The notes under the pieces were generated by a model. That model had not been told where the DNA came from. It ran no database searches and saw only the letters and a list, made by a program, of their open reading frames with translations. DNA of 64,000 nt, taken from positions 160,001 through 224,000 of the forward strand of contig CAWEEQ010000001.1 of the NCBI GenBank assembly GCA_963808235.1. Reading direction: 5' to 3'. Position 1 is the stretch's first letter. Every line of letters begins with the position of its first letter. Source of the stretch: an uncultured delta proteobacterium (GTDB lineage Bacteria; Desulfobacterota; Binatia; Binatales; Binataceae). Positions 17,441-27,496 of this stretch are shown here, piece by piece. A program made the position numbers and the translations under genes.

Positions 17441-20029
17441 GTGCGCCGACGTTGCGCATACGTTCTGGCTGTGCTCATCGCGCTAGCGGTTGTGTTTCCG
17501 GCCGCGGCGCAAACCGATGCCGATCCGTCGCTGTTGCGAGACCTGGCATCGCAGGATCGTGCGCATGCGGCCGACGCGCGTGAGCGCGCGAAAGTCTGGA
17601 GAGACATGGCGGCCAAGTCGAGCGCGCGCGCCGCGACGTTGACCGGATCGTTCAAGGACAGCTGGCAACAGAGCGCCGACGACGACGAGCGATCCGCCAA
17701 GAAGTATGACGACCAGGCGAACCTATGGGAGCAGACGGCCAAAGACCTGGATGCGCGGGCCGACGCGGGCGAGAAGGCGGCCGCAGCAAGGGAGGCAGCG
17801 CCCGTTCCCAGTGTCGCGACGAGTCCTCCTCCGACGACCACCGGTGGAGAGACTGCTCCCTGCGATGAGCTTTCACTAGTCGTTGGCGAATGGACTGATT
17901 CGTCGCGCAACACGACGGTGACGATCGAGCGGGCCAATCCAGGCGCCAGCGACAACGCGCTGGTGCTCAAGGGCAAGCATGGCGACTGGAAGGGAACTTA
18001 CACACCGTCGAACGGGCCGCATCCGGCGCAAGTCGTTTTTCGCCGCAACCCGAGCTGGAAGGAGATGGACCAGGCCGCGCCGCAATGGGCGCGGCAGCAG
18101 GCCGAGGGCAAGCTCGAATGGATCCTGGAACTGAATCTAGACAACGACTTGCCGACTTCGCTCAAGGGCAAGTGGTATCGCGGCCAGGTGAACTGGCAGG
18201 AGAGTGGCCCGCAGACCGCTACGGTCGCCTCGCACGTCGACGACGTGCCGATCGAATACGTCCGTCCCGCCTCGATCGATCTCGCGCTGGATAGTCATCC
18301 GGGTATCCAGGTGGTCACGCGGCGCGGATATCCGTGGCCCGCAGAATCGCTCGATCGCGACCAAGGGTTCTTCGTCGAAGTCATGATGTCTTCTGATGAC
18401 GCGCAGACGCAGGGGCGATCGCTTCCGGTCAAGATAACCGCCCGTCCCGGCGGACAGAGCGTAGTCGTGACGCTAAGCGGCGCGCCGCACAAGGGTCCGA
18501 CGGTGTATACCACCGACGCGTCGATCATTTTCCAGAAGCCGTTTGACATCGCGGGACCGAGCGACCTGGTGTACAGCCCCGCTGACAGTATCAATCTGGA
18601 AAAGTTGAACCTCAAGAGCGGCGACCTCGTGACCGTTTCGCTGGTGCCGCAGACCTGGGGAGACGTATCGACGAGTTTCCACTTCTATGACAGTTGGGTG
18701 CAGCAGGCGATCGCGCGCAATGAAGAAGCCTTCGATGAGCTTTCGGGCGTCTACCAAGTGGCTCTCGCTACATCGAGCGATGCCAGCGCGAGCTCAATTC
18801 TTAGGCGGAAGATTCAGTTCATCGAGGACGCGCGACACATCATCAACGACTACCATCCGAGCGCCGCGAAGGATCAGCTCACCGATCTGCAGCGGTACTA
18901 CGTCGGCAGGTACTACCACGACCTGCTGGTAACCGACACTTACAGCTATCGCCTCGGCGCCGGAACCAGGAACGATGCGCTTTGGCGCTCGGGTCCCTAT
19001 ACCTCCGATCGTTTCGGTATCCAGATGGTTTGTGACGGAGAGCCGACCATGGTTGCCGCTGCTTTGGAGCAGGGTAAGGAAAAGTTCAAAGAAGACTTCA
19101 TGCACGCCGTGCCGGCCGGCTTGGCGCTCGGCCTGTACCATCTCGTCGCTCAATTGACCGGAGGCAACCAGATCTGGGCCGCACTGTACGGGATCAACGA
19201 AGACGGCCAGCCGGTCGACACGACCAATCGAGTGTTCGCCGGCGTGGGCTTCGTGTCGATGGCGGTGTTCTCGGTAGCGAGCAGCAAGTATCTGACCGAT
19301 CTCAGCCCCGAATCGTCGGCTCGCAGCAGTGTTTATGAACCTGATGATCGACCGACCGCGCGCGACTTCGAAATAAATCCCGACAGCGCGGCGACGATTC
19401 GCCAGACGATCGAGGGTGGCACAAAAATAGTGGGGCGGGTCCAGGAGATCGATCAGGGGCTGGCGCAATCCATGTATGGAAGCAACGCCCGCCTCGCTCC
19501 GCTGGACCCCGGCGAACGCCCCATCCTGCAGGTCTCCAATGTCGATTGCTCGATCGAGGTGACTAGCGATCACATTTTCAAGGGAAACGGCCGGAATGTA
19601 CCGGTGGTGAAGCTTCGCCATGATGCGACCGCGGCCGGTCTCGCCGTCCCCCGAAAGGGAATGCTTCCGGAAGGATATGTGTATCTAGTCGAGAAGTTTG
19701 GTGGCCGGGCGACATTCGGCAACATGGATGTTTACACGCTGAAAAAATTGTCCGATGCGGGTTATTTCATCAACATCACGGTCGAGTGGCTCACCACCGG
19801 GTCGCGACATGCTGTCGATTTCAAGGGGTTCGTGCGCGAAGGCGGACAGGAGATGGCGGTTTGGAATGATCCGTACTTTGGGGCCAAGGTGTCGCTCCCG
19901 GTATGCGATTTCAAACGGGTGTTTCTGGTCGAAAAAGGGAAGGGCATTGTGAAGATCTCCGACTTCGGGCAGGCGCAGCCGATTCTAATCAACGGACGCA
20001 CATTTCCGCCCCTGCGCAACAAACCATGA
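17441..20029 (+). CDS. Large secreted protein with coiled coil, pre-toxin-like segment and C-terminal C39/papain-like peptidase domain
   Basis: GTG start after GGGAG; signal peptide ..FPAAA-Q; Q-VSNVD-C (19529-19549), RHAV (19808), NDPYFG (19868). Confidence 0.7.
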   Translation: MRRRCAYVLAVLIALAVVFPAAAQTDADPSLLRDLASQDRAHAADARERAKVWRDMAAKSSARAATLTGSFKDSWQQSADDDERSAKKYDDQANLWEQTAKDLDARADAGEKAAAAREAAPVPSVATSPPPTTTGGETAPCDELSLVVGEWTDSSRNTTVTIERANPGASDNALVLKGKHGDWKGTYTPSNGPHPAQVVFRRNPSWKEMDQAAPQWARQQAEGKLEWILELNLDNDLPTSLKGKWYRGQVNWQESGPQTATVASHVDDVPIEYVRPASIDLALDSHPGIQVVTRRGYPWPAESLDRDQGFFVEVMMSSDDAQTQGRSLPVKITARPGGQSVVVTLSGAPHKGPTVYTTDASIIFQKPFDIAGPSDLVYSPADSINLEKLNLKSGDLVTVSLVPQTWGDVSTSFHFYDSWVQQAIARNEEAFDELSGVYQVALATSSDASASSILRRKIQFIEDARHIINDYHPSAAKDQLTDLQRYYVGRYYHDLLVTDTYSYRLGAGTRNDALWRSGPYTSDRFGIQMVCDGEPTMVAAALEQGKEKFKEDFMHAVPAGLALGLYHLVAQLTGGNQIWAALYGINEDGQPVDTTNRVFAGVGFVSMAVFSVASSKYLTDLSPESSARSSVYEPDDRPTARDFEINPDSAATIRQTIEGGTKIVGRVQEIDQGLAQSMYGSNARLAPLDPGERPILQVSNVDCSIEVTSDHIFKGNGRNVPVVKLRHDATAAGLAVPRKGMLPEGYVYLVEKFGGRATFGNMDVYTLKKLSDAGYFINITVEWLTTGSRHAVDFKGFVREGGQEMAVWNDPYFGAKVSLPVCDFKRVFLVEKGKGIVKISDFGQAQPILINGRTFPPLRNKP

Positions 20030-21495
20030 CGGCCCCGCTGCGCAAACCTGCTTCGCGTAAGCCGAGGCGGCGGAACATCTCGCGCGAGATTGGTATCGCG
20101 CTTCTGATCGTCGCTGCGGCATCGCCGGTGTCGCACGGGATCGCCGCGCCGTCGCCCACGCCCGCGCCACTTACGAAGCAGGAGCAAGATGCGTTCGCGC
20201 AGCAGGACAAGCTCGCCCCGCAGATTCATCAGCGCGCTACCCAGGAAGTCGCCGAATTTGAATCGCAACTGAATACGCTGGGCTCAACGATACGGCAGGA
20301 ACTGGTGGGAAAGCAGTTCCAAACTGCCGGCGACGATGGCCGCGGCTGTAGCATCGTGGCGCAGGACCCCAGCAATTGCCCACAGAATCCATGTTCTTTC
20401 AGCACGCTCGGCGCGCAAGACTTCGACGCGTGGTGGCAGTTGCGGCTAAAGGACTTCCACGCGATGCAGGCGCTGTTGAACACCGACTTCAGTGCGTGGT
20501 CGGATGAACGTGGCCGATGGCGAACCAAGATCGAGCGGGATGAGAGCAACCCGCAAATTCACGCCCAAGACCTCAAGGTCTGGCTGAAGCGCGCCAACGC
20601 CTTTTACCTCGAGAACTACCAGATAGTTGCGTGGGCCGGGAACTTCGTCTGGGAGATGCACGTCGCCGAGACGACGGGCCTCGGCATCTTTGGCGGTCAG
20701 ACGCTCATCGAGAGTCCGAACGGCAAGGGAGGCTCGAGTTTCAAGGCGGCTGTTCCGGCGTTCGGAGGCGTGCTCCAGCAGACTGCGGTCCAGGGCGACG
20801 TTCAACTCGAATCGCTTTACCAGGAAGTCGCGGCGCGTGGGTGCGACATGATCAAGGCGGTCGACCAGCGGATGAAGATCACGCAGATGTCGCCCGAGCT
20901 TAAGCAGGCCGAGGTCGCCGTCGACAAGACGACTTCGGTCTACCAACAGGTTCGGGTCAAGTGCAGAGACGCCCAGGATGCCAACCGCGACGCATTTCAC
21001 GATCGACTGCTTGCGAGTCGCGATCAGTTAACGCAGGCGCGCGATGCGTTGCGTGCCAAGCTTGGCCAGTGGCGATCGTTCTGCATCACAAGTCACATGT
21101 ACATAGGCGAGGGCGATGCCGCGATATACGAGGTCTATCGCGACGGCAAGGAGGCCTCGCTCGATTCGCTCGGGAGCGGATACCTGGCCTTTTCCGATCC
21201 CGGAGGGTGGGGCGGTCCGCCGGAGGCGCCGACGGTGCACCCGCAAATGAGCAACACACGGGCCGGTGCGCTGCCCACCGGCGTCAGCTTACAGGCGAAC
21301 CCTTCATACAACTGTTACTCGCCAAGCATCGCGTGGCCCACCGGCTTGACATCCGTTGCCTACGACGACAAGACGCCTGTAGCGAAGTTCCCCGACGTTG
21401 AACCGAGGCCGTTCGAATTCGTCGCGAAGCTTCCCGAAACGCCTCAGGTAGTCAAGGGAGCGGCGCCGGGTGCCAGCGACATCGAGTCGCCCTGA
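20026..21495 (+). CDS. Hypothetical secreted helical protein
   Basis: ATGA overlap with the upstream stop; Arg-rich n-region and hydrophobic core; no recognised domain. Confidence 0.75.
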   Translation: MTAPLRKPASRKPRRRNISREIGIALLIVAAASPVSHGIAAPSPTPAPLTKQEQDAFAQQDKLAPQIHQRATQEVAEFESQLNTLGSTIRQELVGKQFQTAGDDGRGCSIVAQDPSNCPQNPCSFSTLGAQDFDAWWQLRLKDFHAMQALLNTDFSAWSDERGRWRTKIERDESNPQIHAQDLKVWLKRANAFYLENYQIVAWAGNFVWEMHVAETTGLGIFGGQTLIESPNGKGGSSFKAAVPAFGGVLQQTAVQGDVQLESLYQEVAARGCDMIKAVDQRMKITQMSPELKQAEVAVDKTTSVYQQVRVKCRDAQDANRDAFHDRLLASRDQLTQARDALRAKLGQWRSFCITSHMYIGEGDAAIYEVYRDGKEASLDSLGSGYLAFSDPGGWGGPPEAPTVHPQMSNTRAGALPTGVSLQANPSYNCYSPSIAWPTGLTSVAYDDKTPVAKFPDVEPRPFEFVAKLPETPQVVKGAAPGASDIESP

Positions 21496-21526
21496 TCCGC
21501 CTCCGGCGCCGCTCGACGTCTTAGCC

Positions 21527-22279
21527 TTAGTGCAAGCCGCCGGAAGCGCTGATTCGTTCGCCTGTCAGCCACGCCGCATCGTCTGAGGCGAGAAAAACAA
21601 TAACTGGTGCGATTTCTTCCGGCTTGCCAAATCTCGCGGCCAGGGGCGTAGCTGCAGCTCCCGCATTTCCGCCTTCACTGCCGACAAAGCCGCTGTCCCG
21701 GTTGCCCTCCGTATCGACCATCCCCGGAGCTACGACATTGACCCGGATGTTCCGCGGTCCCAGTTCTTTAGCAAACGCCATCGAGATTGAATCAATCGCG
21801 CCCTTGGTGCCTGAATAGAGCGCCGAATTCGGCACCGGGTTGGCGCTTGCGATCGAGCTGATATTGACGATGCTGCCGCCGGTGCGCGGGAAATAATTGA
21901 GCGCCTCCTGGGTCGCGAGAATCGTCCCCAGTACATTTATATCGAACTCGCGATGGAACTCCTTCTCCGTGATCGCTTCAATCGAGTCGAACTGAAAGAC
22001 ACCGGCGTTGTTCACGAGCACGTCGACCGAGCCCAGAGCCTCCTTCGTCTCCTCGAACATCCGCTTTACGTCGGCCGCTTTGGAAACGTCAGCCTGAATC
22101 GCGATCGCCATGCCGCCATCGCGTCTGATCTGCGACACGACGCGCTCCGCTCCTTCTTTGCCCGAGGAATAGTTGACTGCGACTGCCGCTCCTTCGGCCG
22201 CGAGCGCTTTTGCCGCCGCCGCTCCGATTCCCTTCGATGCTCCAGTTACGATTGCCACCTTGCCAGCTAATTTATTCAT
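21527..22279 (-). CDS. SDR family oxidoreductase (glucose 1-dehydrogenase-like)
   Basis: TGASKGIG, NNAG, YSGTK, NVVAPG. Confidence 0.93.
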   Translation of the reverse strand: MNKLAGKVAIVTGASKGIGAAAAKALAAEGAAVAVNYSSGKEGAERVVSQIRRDGGMAIAIQADVSKAADVKRMFEETKEALGSVDVLVNNAGVFQFDSIEAITEKEFHREFDINVLGTILATQEALNYFPRTGGSIVNISSIASANPVPNSALYSGTKGAIDSISMAFAKELGPRNIRVNVVAPGMVDTEGNRDSGFVGSEGGNAGAAATPLAARFGKPEEIAPVIVFLASDDAAWLTGERISASGGLH

Positions 22280-22326
22280 CTCGATATCTCTCCAGTTCAA
22301 AATTGGATTGATGTTGCACTTGTCCT

Positions 22327-22881
22327 TTACGCGATCCTTCTGTCCGCCCCGGAAGGCATTTCGCTTGAAGCAGCGGCGGATAGAGTCGTTTCCCGATATT
22401 GGGCCAATGAGACTCTCAATAAGTCCTGTTTCAGCAGATAGAAAGACACGGCGAGGAGGACGAAGTCTTTCATTAGAAATGCCACGTTCTCCGTCATTGC
22501 TGGAAAGCCACCGGCAGACGCGGCCCAGCCATCCGGGAAGAACGGAATGATCGTTGTGGTCGACACGAATGAAGCACATCCACCGAGGGCACCAAGAACT
22601 CCAGCCGTCTTGTTCCAGAATCCCCAGAATAGGAGTGCGCCAAACAACCACTCCGAAACCCCCAGGAACCAGGTGGCTCCCCGGATGCCGAAGACGGGGT
22701 ACATCCAGAAAATCAGAGGCCCGTTACTGATGTACGGAACGAGCGCCTGGGCCTCATACTCGAACCACTTCTGATATCCAAAGAAAAGGAATATCAGGAC
22801 CATCGACGCCCGGAGCACGTGATAGTCGATTTCGCTGCGAAGGGTCCCGAACCTGTCGCACAATTTGATGAGATAGTTCAT
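22327..22881 (-). CDS. DUF417 (YkgB/RclC-like) membrane protein
   Basis: FGYQKWFEYEAQALVP.ISNGP, LGVSEW, FLMKD. Confidence 0.88.
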   Translation of the reverse strand: MNYLIKLCDRFGTLRSEIDYHVLRASMVLIFLFFGYQKWFEYEAQALVPYISNGPLIFWMYPVFGIRGATWFLGVSEWLFGALLFWGFWNKTAGVLGALGGCASFVSTTTIIPFFPDGWAASAGGFPAMTENVAFLMKDFVLLAVSFYLLKQDLLRVSLAQYRETTLSAAASSEMPSGADRRIA

Positions 22882-22902
22882 TGGTTCGCTTCTCCTTGAG
22901 GC

Positions 22903-24291
22903 TCATCGAGCTGGAACTTTAATCAGTAGTTGAGCCAATCCCTCGGACATTGTTGGGTGCGTCAAAATCGCGTCGCGAAGAACCGTGTAAGGCAGGTGGC
23001 CGAGCATCGCGGTTTGCATCGCGACCATCAGCTCGCTCGCTTCGAATCCGAAAGCGGTGAAGCCGAGAATCTCGTCGCTGTCTTTGGCAACCAGCGCCTT
23101 CATGAAGCCGCGCTGCTCGGAAATCGTTTTTGTGCGCAGTATTTCGGCCATCGGCAACTTCGCCATCCGATATTTGATGCCGTCGTGACGCGCTTCGACT
23201 TCGTTCTTTCCGACACGCGCCAGTTCCGGATCGGTGAACATGCAAAAGGGAATCAGGCGATCGCGGTTGGTGCGATTGCCGCCGTTCAGGTTCGTGTGAA
23301 CGATGTTGTAGTCGTCGAGGCCGACGTGTGTGAATTGAGGACTGCCCGCGCAATCGCCCATCGCCCAGATGTTTTCCGCGGTGGTTTCCAGCCGCTCATT
23401 GGTCTTGATGTAACCGTGCTCGTCGAGCTGAACGCCGGTTTTATCCAGACCGATTCCGTCGCTGTTTGCCTTGCGGCCGGTCGCGACCAGAAGATCCGTG
23501 CCCTCGATAGCGCGATCGCCGCGCGAGTCATTGACGTACACTCGAACGCGATCGCCTGAATGTCTTTCGACGCGGCGCGTCGTGGCATCCAGCACGACCT
23601 CGATTCCCTCATCGACAAGCAAGTCCTTGAGGGCTGCCGCGACATCGAGATCTTCCCGGTTCGCGAGTTGAGCGCCGTGCTCGATCACGGTCACATCCGA
23701 ACCGAATCGACGAAACGCCTGCGATAGTTCGAGGCCGACGTACCCGCCACCGAGCACGATCAAATGCCTGGGCAAGCGATCGAGCTCCAGCGCCTCGACA
23801 TGCGTCATTGGCGTAGCCTCGGCCAGGCCGGGCACTTGCGGAATTGCTGCGCGCGAACCGAGGTCGAGAAAGACGCGGTCTCCCTGGATGGTTCTCGTAC
23901 CGCCATCGCGCAGCTCGATCTCCACTGTGCGGGGAGCGACGAATCGCGCAGCGCCATAGATCAATTCCGCGCCGCTGGCCTCGGTGAGCTCCTCGTGTGC
24001 CTTGCGCAGCTCTCGGACCATCGTGCGCTTGCGGCGCTGGACGGCGGTCATGTCGACGCTCAAGGAATCAGTCTTGAGGCCGAACTCGATGCCGCGCCGG
24101 GCCAGGGAGATTACCTTGGCGGACCAGATCAGGTTCTTGCTTGGCAGGCAGGCGACGTTGGGACAGGCGCCACCGAGCAGCCCGCGCTCTACAACTGCCG
24201 TTCGACGACGGCTATCGCGGGTCCATGCGGCAAATTTCCCGGCGATTCCGCTGCCGATAATGAGGTCGTCATACTTCTCAACGCTGGCCAT
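22903..24291 (-). CDS. RclA-like pyridine nucleotide-disulfide oxidoreductase
   Basis: GGACPNVACLPSK, GGGYVGLE, GDCAGSPQFTH, THPTMSE; no MerA-type C-terminal Cys pair. Confidence 0.85.
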   Translation of the reverse strand: MASVEKYDDLIIGSGIAGKFAAWTRDSRRRTAVVERGLLGGACPNVACLPSKNLIWSAKVISLARRGIEFGLKTDSLSVDMTAVQRRKRTMVRELRKAHEELTEASGAELIYGAARFVAPRTVEIELRDGGTRTIQGDRVFLDLGSRAAIPQVPGLAEATPMTHVEALELDRLPRHLIVLGGGYVGLELSQAFRRFGSDVTVIEHGAQLANREDLDVAAALKDLLVDEGIEVVLDATTRRVERHSGDRVRVYVNDSRGDRAIEGTDLLVATGRKANSDGIGLDKTGVQLDEHGYIKTNERLETTAENIWAMGDCAGSPQFTHVGLDDYNIVHTNLNGGNRTNRDRLIPFCMFTDPELARVGKNEVEARHDGIKYRMAKLPMAEILRTKTISEQRGFMKALVAKDSDEILGFTAFGFEASELMVAMQTAMLGHLPYTVLRDAILTHPTMSEGLAQLLIKVPAR

Positions 24292-24871
24292 TTGATTCGC
24301 CTCCCTGACCGGATCTCTCGCGAGATTCGTGTTGCGGAAAGTCGATTGGGACGCGCGCGATGTGGCTCATGTAATTCTCGAAGATATTCAGCGCGACGTT
24401 GGCGACCGTCTCGACGATTTCGCCGTCGCTCAAACCGACGGCACGAGCGCGCGCGAGATCCGCGTCAGTGAGTTCACCACGCTGAACGACGATGCTGCGC
24501 GCGAGTTTGAGGATGGCATCGGTCCTCGCATTGGTCGCGCTCGCGCGAATCGCATCGTCGATTTCAACTCGACTCAGCCCGATTTTCGTGGCTATAGCTG
24601 TGTGCCCGCTCAAGCAGTAAGCGCAAAGGTTGCTCTCGGCGATGGCGAGCGCGAGTTGCTCGCGAGTTTTTTCGTCCAGGGTTCCGCGAGCAAGCGCCGC
24701 ACTCAAACCCATGAGACCTTCAAGCGCCGCCGGCGCAGTCGCAAAAACGCGAAACAGGTTCGGCACCAGCGCGAATTTCGCTCGTATCTCCGCGAAGAGT
24801 CGCGTGATCGCGCCGGTTGCATGATCGGGATCGAGTGGCTGGATGCGATTCTGGTCTCTGGATGCGCTCAT
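24278..24871 (-). CDS. AhpD/carboxymuconolactone decarboxylase-family peroxidase-related protein
   Basis: VPNLF, REQLALA..ESNLCAYCLSGH, GLSDGEIVE. Confidence 0.88.
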   Translation of the reverse strand: MSASRDQNRIQPLDPDHATGAITRLFAEIRAKFALVPNLFRVFATAPAALEGLMGLSAALARGTLDEKTREQLALAIAESNLCAYCLSGHTAIATKIGLSRVEIDDAIRASATNARTDAILKLARSIVVQRGELTDADLARARAVGLSDGEIVETVANVALNIFENYMSHIARVPIDFPQHESRERSGQGGESNGQR

Positions 24872-24905
24872 CGTCGCGCCTCTCGGCTGATTGCTCGAGA
24901 TCCAA

Positions 24906-24921
24906 CACAACTCTCGTGCCA
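24906..24921 (-). promoter_or_regulatory. Sigma-54 -24/-12 promoter
   Basis: TGGCACG-AGAG-TTGTG on the minus strand, about 35 bp before ATG 24871; the -12 is TTGT rather than TTGC. Confidence 0.65.
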
Positions 24922-24994
24922 AGCGGCGCGTTGCCGAAAAGCGCGTCAGAGCGGAGAGTTAAGGGTGGCTAGCGAAAAGCGCTGGACTACGAAG

Positions 24995-25012
24995 AATCGT
25001 AAAATTACGATT
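24995..25012. promoter_or_regulatory. Palindromic upstream activator site
   Basis: AATCGTAA-AA-TTACGATT perfect inverted repeat about 75 bp upstream of the -24 box. Confidence 0.6.
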
Positions 25013-25032
25013 GTTCATAAGGGTCGTGACTG

Positions 25033-25368
25033 ATGTTCCCCGTATTTCCAATATGGTTGGTATTGCTCGTGTTTGGGTTGCCTGCCAGCCTGCTCGGGGT
25101 CGTGGCCGGCGGTGTTGCATGTTTAATTCTGCGGCAGCATTGGAGCGTCAGAGCGGCTGTAATAGATGCAGTGCTCGCTTTTGTGGTCTGGTTTTTTTCT
25201 GCGTGCACGATCGTGGATGTGGATATGGCCCTGGGCACTTTGCAACGCGGTGCAGGGAGCGGTAAGTGGCTAGCCTATACTATCTCGACGGCGAGCGTTG
25301 TGGTGAGGCAGCTCATACCTCGATACTTCACTGTGCGAATCAGTAAGGTCCACCGAAGCATTACTTGA
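25033..25368 (+). CDS. Small hypothetical membrane protein
   Basis: 111 aa, three hydrophobic segments, lower GC than neighbours. Confidence 0.5.
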   Translation: MFPVFPIWLVLLVFGLPASLLGVVAGGVACLILRQHWSVRAAVIDAVLAFVVWFFSACTIVDVDMALGTLQRGAGSGKWLAYTISTASVVVRQLIPRYFTVRISKVHRSIT

Positions 25369-25493
25369 TCACTCGTTCTGATCCGTCGAGCATCGATAGA
25401 AGGTAGGTCAGCGATTGTCATACGCATCGGTAAACATTTGCGATCGGCGACCGCCCCGCCGCGAGAGTTTGTGATTGCTCGGACGGTGATGCG

Positions 25494-27452
25494 ATGAAAA
25501 CCGAGTTCCCCGAGAACGAGGCTGAGCGCGTGAACGCGCTTCGGCAGTACCAAATCCTCGACACGCCGCCGGAACCTGCTTTCGACCGTATCGCTGAGAT
25601 GGCGGCGAATTTCTTTCACGTGCCAATGGCTGGCGTGAGTCTGGTCGACGAGGACCGCGTCTGGTTCAAGTCTCGCGTCGGCATTGATCTCCATCAGACA
25701 GCGCGCGACGCCGGGTTATGTTCTTCGGCGATGCTCTCGCAAAACGTCTACCACCTGAGCGACGCTGCCCATGACCAGCGCGCACTCGGCCATTCGTTCG
25801 TTGCAGATCTCGGCATCCGCTTCTATGCGGCTGCTCCGCTGCGGACCAAGGAGAGCCTTAGTCTTGGGACCGTGTGGGTCCTCGACCAAGAGCCGCGCGA
25901 GCTGGCACCGGGAGAGGCGGAAATGCTGCGGACGTTGGCGGCGCTGGCCATGAATCAGATGGAACTGCGACTCTACGCAGACAAGGTCGCCCGCCTGGAA
26001 CGCGCTGAACGAACGATCGGCGAGCAACTGCGTGAGGCGAACCAGCGGCTGGCCCAAAGCGAGGAACAATTCCGTGACCTTTTTGAGGAAGCACCCATCG
26101 CGTACGTCCATCAGGCAGTCGACACCCGTATTTTGCAGGCCAACCGCACGGCAATGCAGATCCTGGGCGTCAAGCCTGACGAGATAGGGGGTTTGCTCGG
26201 GACCTCGTTTTTCCCTGATACGCCCGAAGCTCAGCGTCGCCTGCACGATGCGCTCCCGTTGCTTGCCGCCGGAACCGACGAAAAGGGAGTGGTACTCGAA
26301 CTCCGCCGCAAAGACGACGGCAGGCCGCTGTGGGTGCGGTGGTGGTGCAGGCCGGAGCCGGCAGGCACGTACGCGCGCAGCATGTTCATGGACATCACCG
26401 ACCAGGTGCAGGCGGAACAGCAAAAGGCGCGGCTCGAAGCCCAAAACGCTTACCTGCTCGACGAAATTCGCACCGAACAGAATTTCGGCGACATCATTGG
26501 GGGAAGTTCCGGCCTGAGAAAGGTGATGCAGCAGGTTCAACTCGTTGCGCCGACCGATGCTACCGTCCTGATCACCGGGGAAAGCGGTACGGGAAAAGAG
26601 CTCGTCGCGCGGGCCATCCACGAGCAAGGCGCGCGACGCGAACGCCCTCTGATCAAACTGAACTGCAGCGCGGTGCCTGAAGGTCTTTTCGAGAGCGAGT
26701 TCTTTGGGCACGTAAAAGGGGCGTTTACAGGCGCACTCAAGGACAAGCCCGGCCGCTTTGAACTGGCCGATGGCGGTACGTTATTCCTCGATGAAATCGG
26801 CGAAGTGCCGCTTGCGATGCAAGCCAAGCTGCTCCGCGTGTTGCAGGAACAGGAGCTTGAACGGGTCGGCGACACCCGCACGCGCAAGGTTAATGTGCGG
26901 GTCATCGCCGCATCCAATCGGAACCTAAAGAAGGAGGTCGACGAGGGTCGCTTTCGCCAGGACCTTTTCTATCGGCTCAGCGTTTTCCCTATCGAGGTCC
27001 CGCCGCTCAGACAGCGCCGCGACGACATAGCTCCCCTTGTCGCGAATTTCATCCGCCAAAGCGCGCGCCGGATAAATCGTCCTGAGCCCCAGCTCAGCAA
27101 GGCGGAACTAGATCGACTCGGCTCGTACGACTGGCCCGGTAACGTGCGTGAACTTCAAAACACGGTCGAGCGCGCCATCATCCTGTGGCGCGACGGTCCG
27201 CTCAGCTTCGACCTACCCAGTTCGCCGGCACGCCAAAATACTGAGCAGCAGCCCAAGCCGGCCGCGGACGCCGCGCTCCTTACCCGCGACGAATTAAAGC
27301 GGCAGGAGCGCGCGACAATTGTAAACGCCCTGAAGCAGACCAACGGAAAGGTCTCTGGACCAGGCGGTGCAGCGGAATTGCTGGCCATGAAGCCGTCGAC
27401 CTTGGCGTCGCGCATCTCCTCTTTGGGCATCAGTCGTAGAACGCTCAACTGA
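25494..27452 (+). CDS. Sigma-54 enhancer-binding protein with GAF and PAS domains
   Basis: GAF (YQILDTPPEPAFD..RFYAAAPL), PAS, GESGTGKE, GAFTGA, FLDEIGE, WPGNVREL, Fis HTH. Confidence 0.95.
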   Translation: MKTEFPENEAERVNALRQYQILDTPPEPAFDRIAEMAANFFHVPMAGVSLVDEDRVWFKSRVGIDLHQTARDAGLCSSAMLSQNVYHLSDAAHDQRALGHSFVADLGIRFYAAAPLRTKESLSLGTVWVLDQEPRELAPGEAEMLRTLAALAMNQMELRLYADKVARLERAERTIGEQLREANQRLAQSEEQFRDLFEEAPIAYVHQAVDTRILQANRTAMQILGVKPDEIGGLLGTSFFPDTPEAQRRLHDALPLLAAGTDEKGVVLELRRKDDGRPLWVRWWCRPEPAGTYARSMFMDITDQVQAEQQKARLEAQNAYLLDEIRTEQNFGDIIGGSSGLRKVMQQVQLVAPTDATVLITGESGTGKELVARAIHEQGARRERPLIKLNCSAVPEGLFESEFFGHVKGAFTGALKDKPGRFELADGGTLFLDEIGEVPLAMQAKLLRVLQEQELERVGDTRTRKVNVRVIAASNRNLKKEVDEGRFRQDLFYRLSVFPIEVPPLRQRRDDIAPLVANFIRQSARRINRPEPQLSKAELDRLGSYDWPGNVRELQNTVERAIILWRDGPLSFDLPSSPARQNTEQQPKPAADAALLTRDELKRQERATIVNALKQTNGKVSGPGGAAELLAMKPSTLASRISSLGISRRTLN

Positions 27453-27496
27453 AGATTCCTATTTCCACAGCAGGTGCACGGACCCGGAGAACGTAG

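Noticed and set aside
22903-24291. Mercuric reductase MerA
   Set aside because: No C-terminal vicinal cysteines, no NmerA domain and no mer genes nearby
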